From an uncultured Gammaproteobacteria bacterium (lineage in GTDB: Bacteria; Patescibacteriota; Microgenomatia; Levybacterales; UBA12049): DNA of 64,000 bases. Positions 1 through 10,870 of the stretch are shown in pieces. The stretch lies in contig CAYQEE010000006.1 of the NCBI GenBank assembly GCA_964416445.1, positions 21,230 to 85,229 of the forward strand. The letters are read 5' to 3'. Made by a program: the position numbers and the translations under genes. The number at the start of each line of letters is the position of its first letter. The stretch's first letter is position 1. The notes beneath the pieces are model-generated. The model was not told the DNA's origin. It made no database searches and saw only the letters and a list, made by a program, of their open reading frames with translations.

Positions 1-777
1 GGTAAAGTTAACGGTCAATGGAGCTGATGCTGTACTGGTGTTATCGGCAGTTAAACTTGTACAGATGGGATTCTGTGCTGTTGGTGTGGGTGTTGTTCCT
101 CCCCCTCCACCGCCTCCGCCAGGTGTAACTGATGGAGCATTGGTAGGTGTTGGTGTGTTGGTTGGGGTCACAGCACCGGTAGGTGTTCCATTTAATGTTG
201 TCGTAATAATAACATTCACCGGGGCAGGAGCTGCTGAAAGAACATTTTCACTTGGTTGGTCGGTTGATGCAAGGGACAAAACTTGGGTTCCATTAGCCAC
301 TCCGATAGGTGTTCCGGTCGTAGGATCAGTTGCAGCGATAGCGTTAAAATTTAAATTAGCTATCGTTACTGGACTTCCTGCTCCTTGTATCGCTTTTGTC
401 ACTTCGGTACCTATGGACATTGTGATTGATTCCGTGCATGCAGTACCAGTACATTGATTATACGTTGGTCCCTCTAAGGTAACAGGGAAAACACTGGTGT
501 TCGGAACGATTCCTTGGCTTGTTGGAGTAATTTTAGAATTATCATAGGAAATAATCAGTTTGACAAATGAGACTTGATTTTGTCCTGGATCGAGTAATAC
601 ATTTAAACTAAATGTTGATCCTATACCTACTGGTCCGCTTAATGTTGAAAAAGAAAGATTTGTTGATGCAGCTGCTTTGGATCGATTGTTTGTTTGTTTC
701 CCAATGAGAAATATCGTAAGTGGTACCGCGACAAGGATAACAACAATAAATCCAAGTAATAAAACTTTTTTATTCAT
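1..777 (-). CDS. Partial N-terminal part of a secreted or surface protein (gene runs off the left edge). It has an N-terminal signal/TM helix, a beta-rich cohesin-like segment, and Pro/Thr- and poly-Gly-rich linkers.
   Basis: The minus-strand ATG is at 775-777 and the frame stays open to position 1. The N-terminus MNKKVLLLGFIVVILVAVPLTIFLIGKQ is hydrophobic. A G8 run and TPTNTPTPT linkers follow. The 38-457 plus ORF in the track is the antisense reading of this gene (its PPPPPPPP is the reverse of the GGGGGGGG run). Confidence 0.55.
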   Translation of the reverse strand, partial: MNKKVLLLGFIVVILVAVPLTIFLIGKQTNNRSKAAASTNLSFSTLSGPVGIGSTFSLNVLLDPGQNQVSFVKLIISYDNSKITPTSQGIVPNTSVFPVTLEGPTYNQCTGTACTESITMSIGTEVTKAIQGAGSPVTIANLNFNAIAATDPTTGTPIGVANGTQVLSLASTDQPSENVLSAAPAPVNVIITTTLNGTPTGAVTPTNTPTPTNAPSVTPGGGGGGGGTTPTPTAQNPICTSLTADNTSTASAPLTVNFT

Positions 778-957
778 ACGAGCAGTAATATAAAATCCCT
801 CCTTCTATCGTATGGTAGTTAACAAGAAGTGTCAACTACCGTAAGAGCCTTTATAGGAAACTGATACTATATTGAGAATATGATGATATTGTTTTGTCAC
901 AATTTCTTGATTGTAGGGTTATCAATCTTTTTTCTCACACTAATTTTCTATAGGGTA

Positions 958-987
958 TTGACAACTGTTTGGGAAATTTGTTATAAA
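958..987 (+). promoter_or_regulatory. Sigma70-like promoter for groES-groEL (TTGACA, 17-nt spacer, TATAAA).
   Basis: TTGACA lies at 958-963 and TTATAA/TATAAA at 981-987, about 55 nt upstream of the groES ATG. Confidence 0.5.
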
Positions 988-1014
988 TTAGCAGTCACTT
1001 ATTCACAGTGATTT
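988..1014 (+). promoter_or_regulatory. Degenerate CIRCE-like HrcA operator next to the groES promoter.
   Basis: The site reads TTAGCAGTC-N9-CAGTGATTT. The left half matches the CIRCE consensus TTAGCACTC-N9-GAGTGCTAA at 8 of 9 positions and the right half at 5 of 9. It contains the inverted repeat TCACT-N7-AGTGA. hrcA is present in this window. Confidence 0.35.
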
Positions 1015-1043
1015 TTTAGTTTCCTGTTAGAAGAAATAAAAAT

Positions 1044-1331
1044 ATGAAAATTACACCATTATTTGATAATGTTTTAATTCAAGCTGTTGAGGCAGAATCA
1101 AAAACAGCAAGTGGCATCATTTTACCTGATACGGTTAAAGAAAAACCACAAATGGGTGTAGTAAAAGCAGTAGGCAAAGGTAAAACTGATAAAGAAGGTA
1201 AATTTGTTCCGATGGCAGTTAAAGTTGGCGATAAAGTCTATTATAAAAAATGGGGAGGAACAGAAATTAAAGTGAATGGTGAAGAATTAACCATTGTTGG
1301 TCAAGAAGATATTCTTGCAGTTGTAGCATAA
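1044..1331 (+). CDS. groES: Co-chaperonin GroES (Hsp10).
   Basis: The 95-aa protein has the typical GroES mobile-loop and beta-barrel pattern (ILPDTVKEKPQMGVVKAVG...GDKVYYKKWGGTE). It sits immediately upstream of groEL. Confidence 0.95.
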   Translation: MKITPLFDNVLIQAVEAESKTASGIILPDTVKEKPQMGVVKAVGKGKTDKEGKFVPMAVKVGDKVYYKKWGGTEIKVNGEELTIVGQEDILAVVA

Positions 1332-1339
1332 CTAAATAA

Positions 1340-2980
<1,641 letters not shown>

Positions 2981-3004
2981 AGAAGATCGCTATTCTTTTC
3001 CATA

Positions 3005-3029
3005 ACCGCCACTGAAGGCGGTTTTTTTA
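3005..3029 (+). terminator. Rho-independent terminator after groEL.
   Basis: The stem ACCGCC, loop ACTGAA and stem GGCGGT are followed by TTTTTTT. Confidence 0.7.
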
Positions 3030-3084
3030 TACGAAATGAATTATTTAAAACGAATAAGTTGAGTATTTCATATATACTAGAAGT

Positions 3085-4281
3085 ATGAAAAAAGTTGCCG
3101 TATTTAGTCTTCCCGCATATGGGCATGTAAATCCGACGCTCTCTGTCGCACAGGTATTAAGCCAAAAAGGATATGATGTTATTTATTACTCCTCCGAAGA
3201 ATTTCGCGAGCGAATTGAAAAAGCTGGTATTCGATACCGTTCCTATCGTATTCAAGAACGAGTTGACTTGCGAATATCAAATGTTGTTGATATTGCAACC
3301 ACAATCCTCGCCATATCTGAAAAATATATCCCTATCCTTATCCAAGAGCTTGAAAAAGAAAAACCTGATTATATTATTCATGATCAACTTTGTTTTCATG
3401 GCAAAATTGCTGCCCATTATTTTCATATTCCTGCAGCATCATTACAAACATCATTTCTCATAACGAAACGTGTCACCTTTACCTTTCCCCAAGTAGCGCT
3501 TATGTATCTCAAGCAAATTATGCGTCAAGGAAAAAGACATATAAGAAATATGAATAAGTATCGGAAAATCGTAAGAAAATATCATCTGAAAACGCGTGGA
3601 TTTGATGATCTATTTTTAAACGAGGAAAAACTGAATATCGTTTTTACTTCACGATTATTACAACCGAAGGGAAAATTATTTGGAAAAAAATATATCTTCG
3701 TTGGGTCATCGATATCTGCTTCTTCTCGATTAGATAAAAACACGATTGGTACAAAATTAAAAACAAATAAACCAATAATTTATATCTCCTTAGGAACGAT
3801 TTTTAATAATGATTTATCTTTTTTCCATACGTGTGTTCAAGCTTTTAAAGATTCTCCCTATTTTGTTATCATGTCTATTGGTCATCGTTTCACGGAAAAA
3901 GACTTACCTGCAGTTCCTTCTAATATGTACGTCCAAAATTATGTTCCCCAACTTGAGATTCTGAAAAAAGCATCGATATTTATTACTCATGCAGGAATGA
4001 ACAGCGTTACGGAAAGTCTTTCGTTTTCTGTCCCAATGATTTGTATTCCTCAAACAGGAGAACAGATGCTCAATGCATTACGAATTCAACAGATTGGTGC
4101 TGGAGTTGTTTTGGAAGAAGAAGAGCGAACTCCAGAGCGATTGCTATCGTTAGTTACACAGATGCTCAATACAAAATCATTTGTGCAGCATATCCAACCA
4201 GTGAGAGAATCCTTGCTTGATGCAGGAGGATATGAACGAGCAGCAGAAGAAATTATCACCTATTTTCACAAGTCGAAATAA
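3085..4281 (+). CDS. GT1-family UDP-glycosyltransferase (MGT/OleD/YjiC-like).
   Basis: The 398-aa protein has a C-terminal UDP-sugar binding motif (HAGMNSVTESLSFSVPMICIPQTGEQMLNA) and an N-terminal GHVNP acceptor-domain motif. Confidence 0.8.
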   Translation: MKKVAVFSLPAYGHVNPTLSVAQVLSQKGYDVIYYSSEEFRERIEKAGIRYRSYRIQERVDLRISNVVDIATTILAISEKYIPILIQELEKEKPDYIIHDQLCFHGKIAAHYFHIPAASLQTSFLITKRVTFTFPQVALMYLKQIMRQGKRHIRNMNKYRKIVRKYHLKTRGFDDLFLNEEKLNIVFTSRLLQPKGKLFGKKYIFVGSSISASSRLDKNTIGTKLKTNKPIIYISLGTIFNNDLSFFHTCVQAFKDSPYFVIMSIGHRFTEKDLPAVPSNMYVQNYVPQLEILKKASIFITHAGMNSVTESLSFSVPMICIPQTGEQMLNALRIQQIGAGVVLEEEERTPERLLSLVTQMLNTKSFVQHIQPVRESLLDAGGYERAAEEIITYFHKSK

Positions 4282-4286
4282 CCGGT

Positions 4287-4883
4287 ATGATTCCAAAGCT
4301 TTTATTGAATGAGAAAAGTTTTACGATAACTCCGAACGATTTGCCTCTTTTTATTCATGGTGAAGTCCAATCTGGCGCATCTTATTTTAGCATAATAACG
4401 TTCGCATCGCTTGTCCTTCAGGGAGAATCGATTCTTTTTTATAGTGCATTTTTCAGAGGACTCGAAGCATTACAACAATTACTTTCTCAAGAAAAGATTG
4501 CAGTAGTGAGGGAAAATGAAGAGAGTGTAGTGATAAAAAAGAGAAAAATTCTTGCTGTGCAGAGTGGTGATGAACCACTGTTGATGCAAATGTTGACATC
4601 ATGCAAAAATACTCAACGGATTATTTGTATCAAAAATATTGAGACACTTACCAAAAATATTACTCCCTTTATTTCTCATCATAAATTCTTTATTATTTCT
4701 GGAGATATTGAGCGATACCGATACAAACAGGCGTTACTCAACGAACCATTTACGACAAAAATATTATTTTCTCACCTTCCTACATTATTGGTACAACTAC
4801 CAGCTCTTGATAGATTTCAAGCGATTTTCTTAGGTGCAACTACCAGTGGCGTTACACAAGCAACTAATCAAAAACAACACTAA
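4287..4883 (+). CDS. Hypothetical protein, co-transcribed with the GT1 gene.
   Basis: The 198-aa ORF starts 6 nt after the GT1 stop. I recognise no family. Confidence 0.45.
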   Translation: MIPKLLLNEKSFTITPNDLPLFIHGEVQSGASYFSIITFASLVLQGESILFYSAFFRGLEALQQLLSQEKIAVVRENEESVVIKKRKILAVQSGDEPLLMQMLTSCKNTQRIICIKNIETLTKNITPFISHHKFFIISGDIERYRYKQALLNEPFTTKILFSHLPTLLVQLPALDRFQAIFLGATTSGVTQATNQKQH

Positions 4884-5387
4884 TAGGTCGTACAAAAGTA
4901 CGTAATAACCAAGTATATATCTCTACCTCGTTCCTACTAAACAGACCAACAAGTACTGCAAGAATGATCATTTTTCATGATCTCTTTTTTTGGTCAGCAT
5001 GGCAAACGGAAATTTTTTCTCAAGAAGGAGAGCCTATAAAATTTTCAAATTCTCCTGTATAATTGCAAACAAGTTTATACAAAAAATCCTAGTAATCATA
5101 ATTTTCTATAAATAGAAGAACAAAATGCAGATTGGCACAAGCGAAAGTTATTACTTATTTAATTGAGAATAGATACAAAATTTACATCGGTGGATAAATT
5201 ATCAGAATCATGAAAATTGAAATGTGACAATATCATAATCTAACGAAAGGATAAATATTGATAAATTTAATAATAGCCAGTATGATGTAATTGCTGTTTA
5301 CATAGACTCAAAAGACAAAATTATTTTGGTTGATGCTTTCAAAGTTAGAGCAAGAAGTTTGTCCATACGATATTGAATGAGTTATAT

Positions 5388-5474
5388 GGAGAGGTCGCAT
5401 AGTGGTCGAGTGCAGAAGTTTACTAAACTTCCAATCCGTAAGGATTCGTGGGTTCGAATCCCACCCTCTCCGCA
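5388..5474 (+). tRNA. Type II tRNA (long variable arm), Ser-like with a G73 discriminator. The nominal anticodon is ACU.
   Basis: The cloverleaf is read directly from the sequence. Acceptor stem GGAGAGG/CCTCTCC. D-arm GCAT-AGTGGTCGA-GTGC. Anticodon stem GAAGT/ACTTC with loop TTACTAA. Variable arm AATCC-GTAA-GGATT. T-arm GTGGG-TTCGAAT-CCCAC. CCA is not encoded. Confidence 0.8.
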
Positions 5475-5508
5475 AACAGTCATATAGTTTGAAACTTGGT
5501 TTCTACTT

Positions 5509-6417
5509 TTGTATAATCCGTATTTAATGGATCGTAAATACGAAAAAAGAACAACAGGTTTTTTAACTCCTGATAATTGGCTGACTACATATTCAACTGC
5601 AGTAAATAGAACTGCTATGGCTCCTGTAGGAGTAGATCCAATTATGCAAAGATTGCTCATTCAGGCTACAACATTCTTACCGCAACAAACCAGATGGCGA
5701 GATGTTTTACATTCAAGTTTAAATCCATCTCAAAGACTAAAGCTCGCATCAGACATTTCACATTTTCATATAAGTATTTTTGTACCGTTATTGGGTGAAG
5801 GTTTTGACACAAGAACACTTTCTTCAAGACAAATTGAAATATTGAAAATGGCGTCACATCATTACTTTGTCGAACATCAAAGTCCTTCAGAAGTACCAGG
5901 TATCTATTTTTCTTCTTTCTCTGAACAAGACATACAATTAGGAATAATCTATCAAACTCATATAGAGAATAAAATATGGAAAGGAGGAATAATTGGAGGA
6001 ACGTTTAAAGCATTACTTAATTTAATCAATAATGTAGAAGGACTAAACGGCAGAGCACTACTAAAATATAAACAAGTGGATTCTCATGATTCTTTATTAA
6101 CCGAAGACAACGCTCGTCGTCTTGATGAATTCTCTACGAGCGCAGAATACGCCGAAATTATTGGAATGACATTAAACAGGTATGATGCTGCAATATCCGC
6201 ACTCGATAGTGATGAAGGGAGGGAAATTGCACTCAGACAACGAAATGCATTTAATGCCCACCTTGGGGGTAATCCGCGTACAAGAGCAACTGATGAATTA
6301 GAAAAGTTGAATACCTTAGTAAAAAATGCTGTATTAGGAATCCAAGATGATTTACCAAATGTTGCAGTAATACAATTATTAAAAAATATGATAAATCTAA
6401 ATAACTTTAGTAAATAA
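5509..6417 (+). CDS. Hypothetical protein (no recognisable family), immediately downstream of the tRNA.
   Basis: The 302-aa ORF has no TM segments and no motif I recognise. Confidence 0.5.
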   Translation: MYNPYLMDRKYEKRTTGFLTPDNWLTTYSTAVNRTAMAPVGVDPIMQRLLIQATTFLPQQTRWRDVLHSSLNPSQRLKLASDISHFHISIFVPLLGEGFDTRTLSSRQIEILKMASHHYFVEHQSPSEVPGIYFSSFSEQDIQLGIIYQTHIENKIWKGGIIGGTFKALLNLINNVEGLNGRALLKYKQVDSHDSLLTEDNARRLDEFSTSAEYAEIIGMTLNRYDAAISALDSDEGREIALRQRNAFNAHLGGNPRTRATDELEKLNTLVKNAVLGIQDDLPNVAVIQLLKNMINLNNFSK

Positions 6418-6600
6418 AAAATGTTATTGTATTATTAATTTTTTTTTAATCTGATGTTCTTGAATACAAAATTCACACCTCGCTTAAATTATAGTAGTAA
6501 GAATGCTAGATTTGCTTGTTTCTTCTCCAAAACTTCCATAAATACGTTCCAACCTGGTCAATCAGACACCGCACTTTAAAGATCACTACAATGTTCGTAA

Positions 6601-6906
6601 ATGAGAATGCCCTTTGAAGCTTTTTGGTATAATCAATGCATGAGTATAGAGGATTTAGAAAAAAGAATTGAAAGAATTGAACTGAGGAACGGAAATGTAG
6701 AAGCAAATAAAGCATGGGAGACGAGTATTTCAAGAAAAATTGTCCTTGTGCTTATGACGTATTTAGTCATTGCTTTAACTTTATTGTCAATACATCATCA
6801 AGACCCTTGGATAAATGCGCTTATTCCTGCAATTGGTTTTTTCTTGTCCACCTTATCACTACCACTTATCAAAAAATACTGGATAAAACACGTATATCAC
6901 AAATAG
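6601..6906 (+). CDS. Small two-TM membrane protein of unknown function. The likely true start is 6640 (MSIEDLEK...).
   Basis: The protein is 88-101 aa with two hydrophobic helices. The promoter overlaps the ORF start given in the track. Confidence 0.5.
   Translation: MRMPFEAFWYNQCMSIEDLEKRIERIELRNGNVEANKAWETSISRKIVLVLMTYLVIALTLLSIHHQDPWINALIPAIGFFLSTLSLPLIKKYWIKHVYHK
6625..6633 (+). promoter_or_regulatory. Extended -10 promoter (TGgTATAAT) in front of the small membrane-protein gene, possibly giving a leaderless mRNA.
   Basis: TGGTATAAT at 6625-6633 ends about 6 nt before the in-frame ATG at 6640. Confidence 0.4.
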
Positions 6907-7009
6907 CATTTTAGAGAATTGACTAACCTCATGGAATATTTTCTGTTAATGAAAATAACTGGACATTTTGCAAAACTTGCACTGATGTAACTAATTTATT
7001 GAATAGATT

Positions 7010-7900
7010 TTATGATGAATTATTACCTTGTTTTTTTCCAATGCCTAATAATACCATGCCAAAAAACATAGGAATAATTGAGCATAACTGCCAGACAGTT
7101 GGTACATTTTGGAGAAATATCCATGCACTGAAAAGCGTTATGAGTGGTGACATACTTGATAACGCATTGGCTTTGACGACGCTGATTCGGTGAATTCCTT
7201 CTACCCATAATGCTTTGGAAAGACCGAGTAAGAAAATTCCATTAATTGCGAGAAATAAAAATGAGTTTTTTATACTTCCATACGAAAAGGTATTGTTGAA
7301 TGCACCTGCGAGCAGAAAAATAACGGACGCACTGATAATACTCCGGATAAACATGATGGTGTCGCTACTCACTTTCGTTCGCGCTTTTCTGACATAGAAA
7401 TTGCCAAATGGAGCAGTGAAAGCAGCAAGGAGAATAAGCAGATCACCTAGTTGAAATGTATGGATATTTGGATATAAAACAATACAAGCTCCTAGTATCA
7501 TTAGCGAAGCACCAATGATATGAAGAAATGGTAACGGTTGTTTTTTCCATACTTGAAAGAACAGGTAGCTAAAAAAAACTTCTGTTAAAGCAACAATACT
7601 CGCGTTACCTGCACTCGTTGATCGTAATCCGAAATAATAAAAAAGATAATAAAGGATACCCAGAAAAAATGTTGCGAATAGAATATCTCGTAATGCCGCA
7701 ATATTAGTGATCTCAAACCATTTCTTTTTCAGCGTAAGCATGAATGCGAAAAAAACTCCTGCAAGCAACGTACTGATTGCGAGCGATACCAAAGGGGATA
7801 CTTTCCCATAGGATAAAATAGTTATTACGGGAAATAAGCCCCATAACGCCGTTTCACCTAAAATAAAAAGTTCTCCTTGCTTTTCATTATTCAATTTCAT
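7010..7900 (-). CDS. EamA/DMT-family transporter.
   Basis: The 296-aa protein has about 10 TM helices with a duplicated EamA-like arrangement. Confidence 0.75.
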   Translation of the reverse strand: MKLNNEKQGELFILGETALWGLFPVITILSYGKVSPLVSLAISTLLAGVFFAFMLTLKKKWFEITNIAALRDILFATFFLGILYYLFYYFGLRSTSAGNASIVALTEVFFSYLFFQVWKKQPLPFLHIIGASLMILGACIVLYPNIHTFQLGDLLILLAAFTAPFGNFYVRKARTKVSSDTIMFIRSIISASVIFLLAGAFNNTFSYGSIKNSFLFLAINGIFLLGLSKALWVEGIHRISVVKANALSSMSPLITLFSAWIFLQNVPTVWQLCSIIPMFFGMVLLGIGKKQGNNSS

Positions 7901-7930
7901 TCCTTTAGTTTATCAGATATACTACTATGT

Positions 7931-9055
7931 ATGCCCGAACAAGGTTCAAAAGGAATATTTGCAAATTGGAAAGCACGTTTGTTGAGACCTCCCACCAATG
8001 ATAGATCGACCCCAACTGTTTCTCAACGAAGGTGGTATATTGAAGGTATCGCTCCAGAATCTTTGCCTGTTGGTATTGAATCAATTCGTCTGAAAAATCT
8101 TCCTATTGGTTGGCAACAATTACCAACGCTCGCGAAATCAATAAATGCGTTAAAAGAAGAGCCTTTTGGAGCAGGATTTGAGCTTGCTCAACTAAAACCT
8201 TTAGAAAAGGAGGCGATTGTCATTCCAATGATTGCAAGTGTGGTAGCAAACCATGCGGATCCTGCGATACCTCTCAATTTACCTAACTCTGAAGAAGTGA
8301 AAACAATTAAACCTTGGCTAAAAAGAGTATCAGTTTTTGTTGGGAGATTTTCGAATGGTCTCGGACATAGGTTTGATCGGTTTATAGAAAAGAAGGGACA
8401 ACAGACAGTTCAAAAAACTGGTGAGAAAATATTCGAGGCAGCTCACGCACTTGGACAAACAGAGAATCCACAAAGCAGATTTGTTACTGAAGTAGCTCAA
8501 TTATATACTCGTTTAACGCAACCAGAAACGTATTTTGATTTTGAAGAAAAAGAGCGTTCAATTGAGCAAAAGATTAGCGGGTTAATTGGTCAAATGGATC
8601 GTGCAAAACGGGGAAAGCCGTTTGATAGCGATTGGTTTTCAAAGAAGCACTTTCCGCTCTTGGCAAATGTTTTTGCCGTCGTCGGATTTCCTCCAACGTC
8701 TTTGTATATTGAATCTGGTAACGTTGGTATCGTTGGCGCTGAATTGATGCAAGGAATCGAAATATTTTTACGCCAATCAGATGTCTCAAATATTCCGCAA
8801 GCACCACTACCAACAGAGTTTGATTTATTTAATATGAATACGTGGATGAGAGGACTTGCTGAGTTATTTAAAGCAGGTCAGTTAGAAAAAGTGAAAAGAG
8901 AACTGCCAAGTGTTTTGTCTCAAGTACGTGAAGTCCTTCCTCATGATGGAAGACAATTTGAACAAGAGATCTATGGGATTGCAAAAAATGTTGTTGCTCT
9001 CAAAGCAAAGGGGATAGAAGATCATGCATTAGTTAATGGACTTTTTGCTGCATAA
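7931..9055 (+). CDS. Hypothetical soluble protein (no recognisable family).
   Basis: About 374 aa from the ATG at 7931 (MPEQGSK...). The track start at 7877 overlaps the divergent EamA gene. Confidence 0.5.
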   Translation: MPEQGSKGIFANWKARLLRPPTNDRSTPTVSQRRWYIEGIAPESLPVGIESIRLKNLPIGWQQLPTLAKSINALKEEPFGAGFELAQLKPLEKEAIVIPMIASVVANHADPAIPLNLPNSEEVKTIKPWLKRVSVFVGRFSNGLGHRFDRFIEKKGQQTVQKTGEKIFEAAHALGQTENPQSRFVTEVAQLYTRLTQPETYFDFEEKERSIEQKISGLIGQMDRAKRGKPFDSDWFSKKHFPLLANVFAVVGFPPTSLYIESGNVGIVGAELMQGIEIFLRQSDVSNIPQAPLPTEFDLFNMNTWMRGLAELFKAGQLEKVKRELPSVLSQVREVLPHDGRQFEQEIYGIAKNVVALKAKGIEDHALVNGLFAA

Positions 9056-9115
9056 TGATTAAGAAAAATCACACGATGACTCAGATATGCAATACACTTT
9101 TGCTATAATCACCGC

Positions 9116-9550
9116 ATGGAAATAAAAAAAGTAGATCTTCTCGCTGAAGCAAAAACGTTACTTACCCTAGATAATAAAGCATTTCACCGCGATTATGATT
9201 TACCTTCAAAAGATACCAACGAACAAATAGCATATTTGCGAGATTGTGAAGTATATATTGCCTATGAGCACGAGCAACCAGTTGGATTTTTTGCCTATAA
9301 ACTCTCCGAAACGCATTGTGATCTTAAGTCCATAGGAGTAATTCCAGAAAGGCAAGGGAAAAAGTACGGAAAGGCAATGATGAAAAAATTATTGGATATA
9401 ACCAAAAATAACACAATAACTCTTGTTACCCATCCAAAAAACAGTGTTGCAATCCGCATGTATTTAACCTGTGGGTTTCATATATACGGATGGAAAGATA
9501 ACTTCTATGGTGATAATGAGCCAAGACTCTTGATGAAATTAACCAGATAA
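9116..9550 (+). CDS. GNAT-family N-acetyltransferase.
   Basis: The acetyl-CoA binding motif ERQGKKYGKAMMKKLL is present. Confidence 0.75.
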   Translation: MEIKKVDLLAEAKTLLTLDNKAFHRDYDLPSKDTNEQIAYLRDCEVYIAYEHEQPVGFFAYKLSETHCDLKSIGVIPERQGKKYGKAMMKKLLDITKNNTITLVTHPKNSVAIRMYLTCGFHIYGWKDNFYGDNEPRLLMKLTR

Positions 9551-9614
9551 CTTTTCAAGCAATCGTAACTCTTTTTCTTCATGTCTCTTTTGCGTATAAT
9601 GAGATGAACGGCTA

Positions 9615-10295
9615 TTGTTGGAAGATTATATGGCAGAAGTAAAAATAGAAGCATCTTGGAAAACGGCATTAGAGTCTGAGTTTACAAAGCCATATTGGGA
9701 AGCGTTAACGACATTTATTCGCCATGAATATACCACACAGGTGGTTTTTCCACCTCCGCGAAATATTTTTCGAGCGTTTGATCTGTGTCCTTTTGCATCC
9801 GTAAAAGTTGTTATTGTGGGGCAAGATCCATATCATGGAGTCCGTCAAGCAAATGGATTATCGTTTGCCGTTAATGATGGTGTCGCTCTTCCGCCATCGC
9901 TTAAAAATATTTATCAAGAAATTCGTTCAGATATAGGTATTACTCCATCCTCTTCAGGAGATCTTTCTCGGTGGGCAACGCAAGGAGTACTTATGCTCAA
10001 TAGCGTTCTTACCGTTCTAGCAAATAAACCAACATCGCATAAAGGAAAAGGATGGGAACAATTTACGGATGCAGTCATACAAGCACTCAATGCTAAACGG
10101 AAACATATTGTCTATATGTTATGGGGAAAATATGCACAAACAAAAGGAATGGTTATTAACACCGAACAAAATTTAGTTCTTGCATCTGGACATCCGTCTC
10201 CGTATTCAGCAAATCTCTTTTTTGGGAATCATCATTTTAGTAAGTGCAATGCGTATCTGGTACAACATGGCATGACCCCTATTGATTGGCATTAA
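9615..10295 (+). CDS. ung: Uracil-DNA glycosylase (family 1).
   Basis: The protein has the water-activating loop GQDPYHG, LMLNSVLTV, and GHPSPYSA (family-1 His-containing C-terminal loop). Confidence 0.9.
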   Translation: MLEDYMAEVKIEASWKTALESEFTKPYWEALTTFIRHEYTTQVVFPPPRNIFRAFDLCPFASVKVVIVGQDPYHGVRQANGLSFAVNDGVALPPSLKNIYQEIRSDIGITPSSSGDLSRWATQGVLMLNSVLTVLANKPTSHKGKGWEQFTDAVIQALNAKRKHIVYMLWGKYAQTKGMVINTEQNLVLASGHPSPYSANLFFGNHHFSKCNAYLVQHGMTPIDWH

Positions 10296-10334
10296 AAAAG
10301 CATTATCAACAGAACATATGTTCTTCTTGTTGAA

Positions 10335-10859
10335 TTGTTCTCCTCATACTATAATTTCACTATGCAACCACTGATCATTCGAAAAGCAACCGCAGATGAT
10401 CTTTCGTACGTGCAACAGTTATGTGATGAGCTTATCCAGGTGAGTAATACCTTTGATCCTCATTATAATCTTCGATGGTCTTTTGAACCTGATGGAATTA
10501 AGTATCTTACTTCTCGAATTTTTGATATACAGTGCGTTTGTTTTCTTGCGATTTGGGAGGAGAGGATTGTTGGCTATGTAACAGGTGCAGTGTTACCCAT
10601 ACGTTTATGGAGGCCGATCAAACAAATTGAGCTTGAAAATTTATACATACAAAAAAACTATCGCAAAAAGGGAATTGGAACACGATTAGTGAAAGAGCTT
10701 TTTTTATGGGGAAAAGAACAGAAAGCACAACGGGTTGTGGTGACTACTGAAGCAATTGATAAGCATGCGATTGCTTTTTATCAAAGAAATAACTTCTCAC
10801 CCTTACATCTAAAATTAGAAGCAGTACTTGATACAGACGAAGCGAATGGATCTTCTTAA
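10335..10859 (+). CDS. GNAT-family N-acetyltransferase.
   Basis: The motif IQKNYRKKGIGTRLVKEL is present. Confidence 0.7.
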   Translation: MFSSYYNFTMQPLIIRKATADDLSYVQQLCDELIQVSNTFDPHYNLRWSFEPDGIKYLTSRIFDIQCVCFLAIWEERIVGYVTGAVLPIRLWRPIKQIELENLYIQKNYRKKGIGTRLVKELFLWGKEQKAQRVVVTTEAIDKHAIAFYQRNNFSPLHLKLEAVLDTDEANGSS

Positions 10860-10870
10860 AAGGTGAGAAG

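Noticed and set aside
38-457. A 139-aa plus-strand ORF with a PPPPPPPP run.
   Set aside because: It is the antisense reading of the minus-strand surface-protein gene (1-777), which has a proper N-terminal signal/TM helix and ATG. The poly-Pro is the reverse complement of that gene's poly-Gly linker.
4884-5387. The 500-bp AT-rich gap before the tRNA, examined as a possible CRISPR array, repeat array or ncRNA.
   Set aside because: I could detect no direct repeats of 20-40 bp, only short promoter-like hexamers and a weak CGTAC-AAAA-GTACG hairpin.
5382-5660. A 92-aa minus-strand ORF.
   Set aside because: It overlaps the tRNA gene and the start of the 302-aa plus-strand ORF. The tRNA structure is unambiguous.
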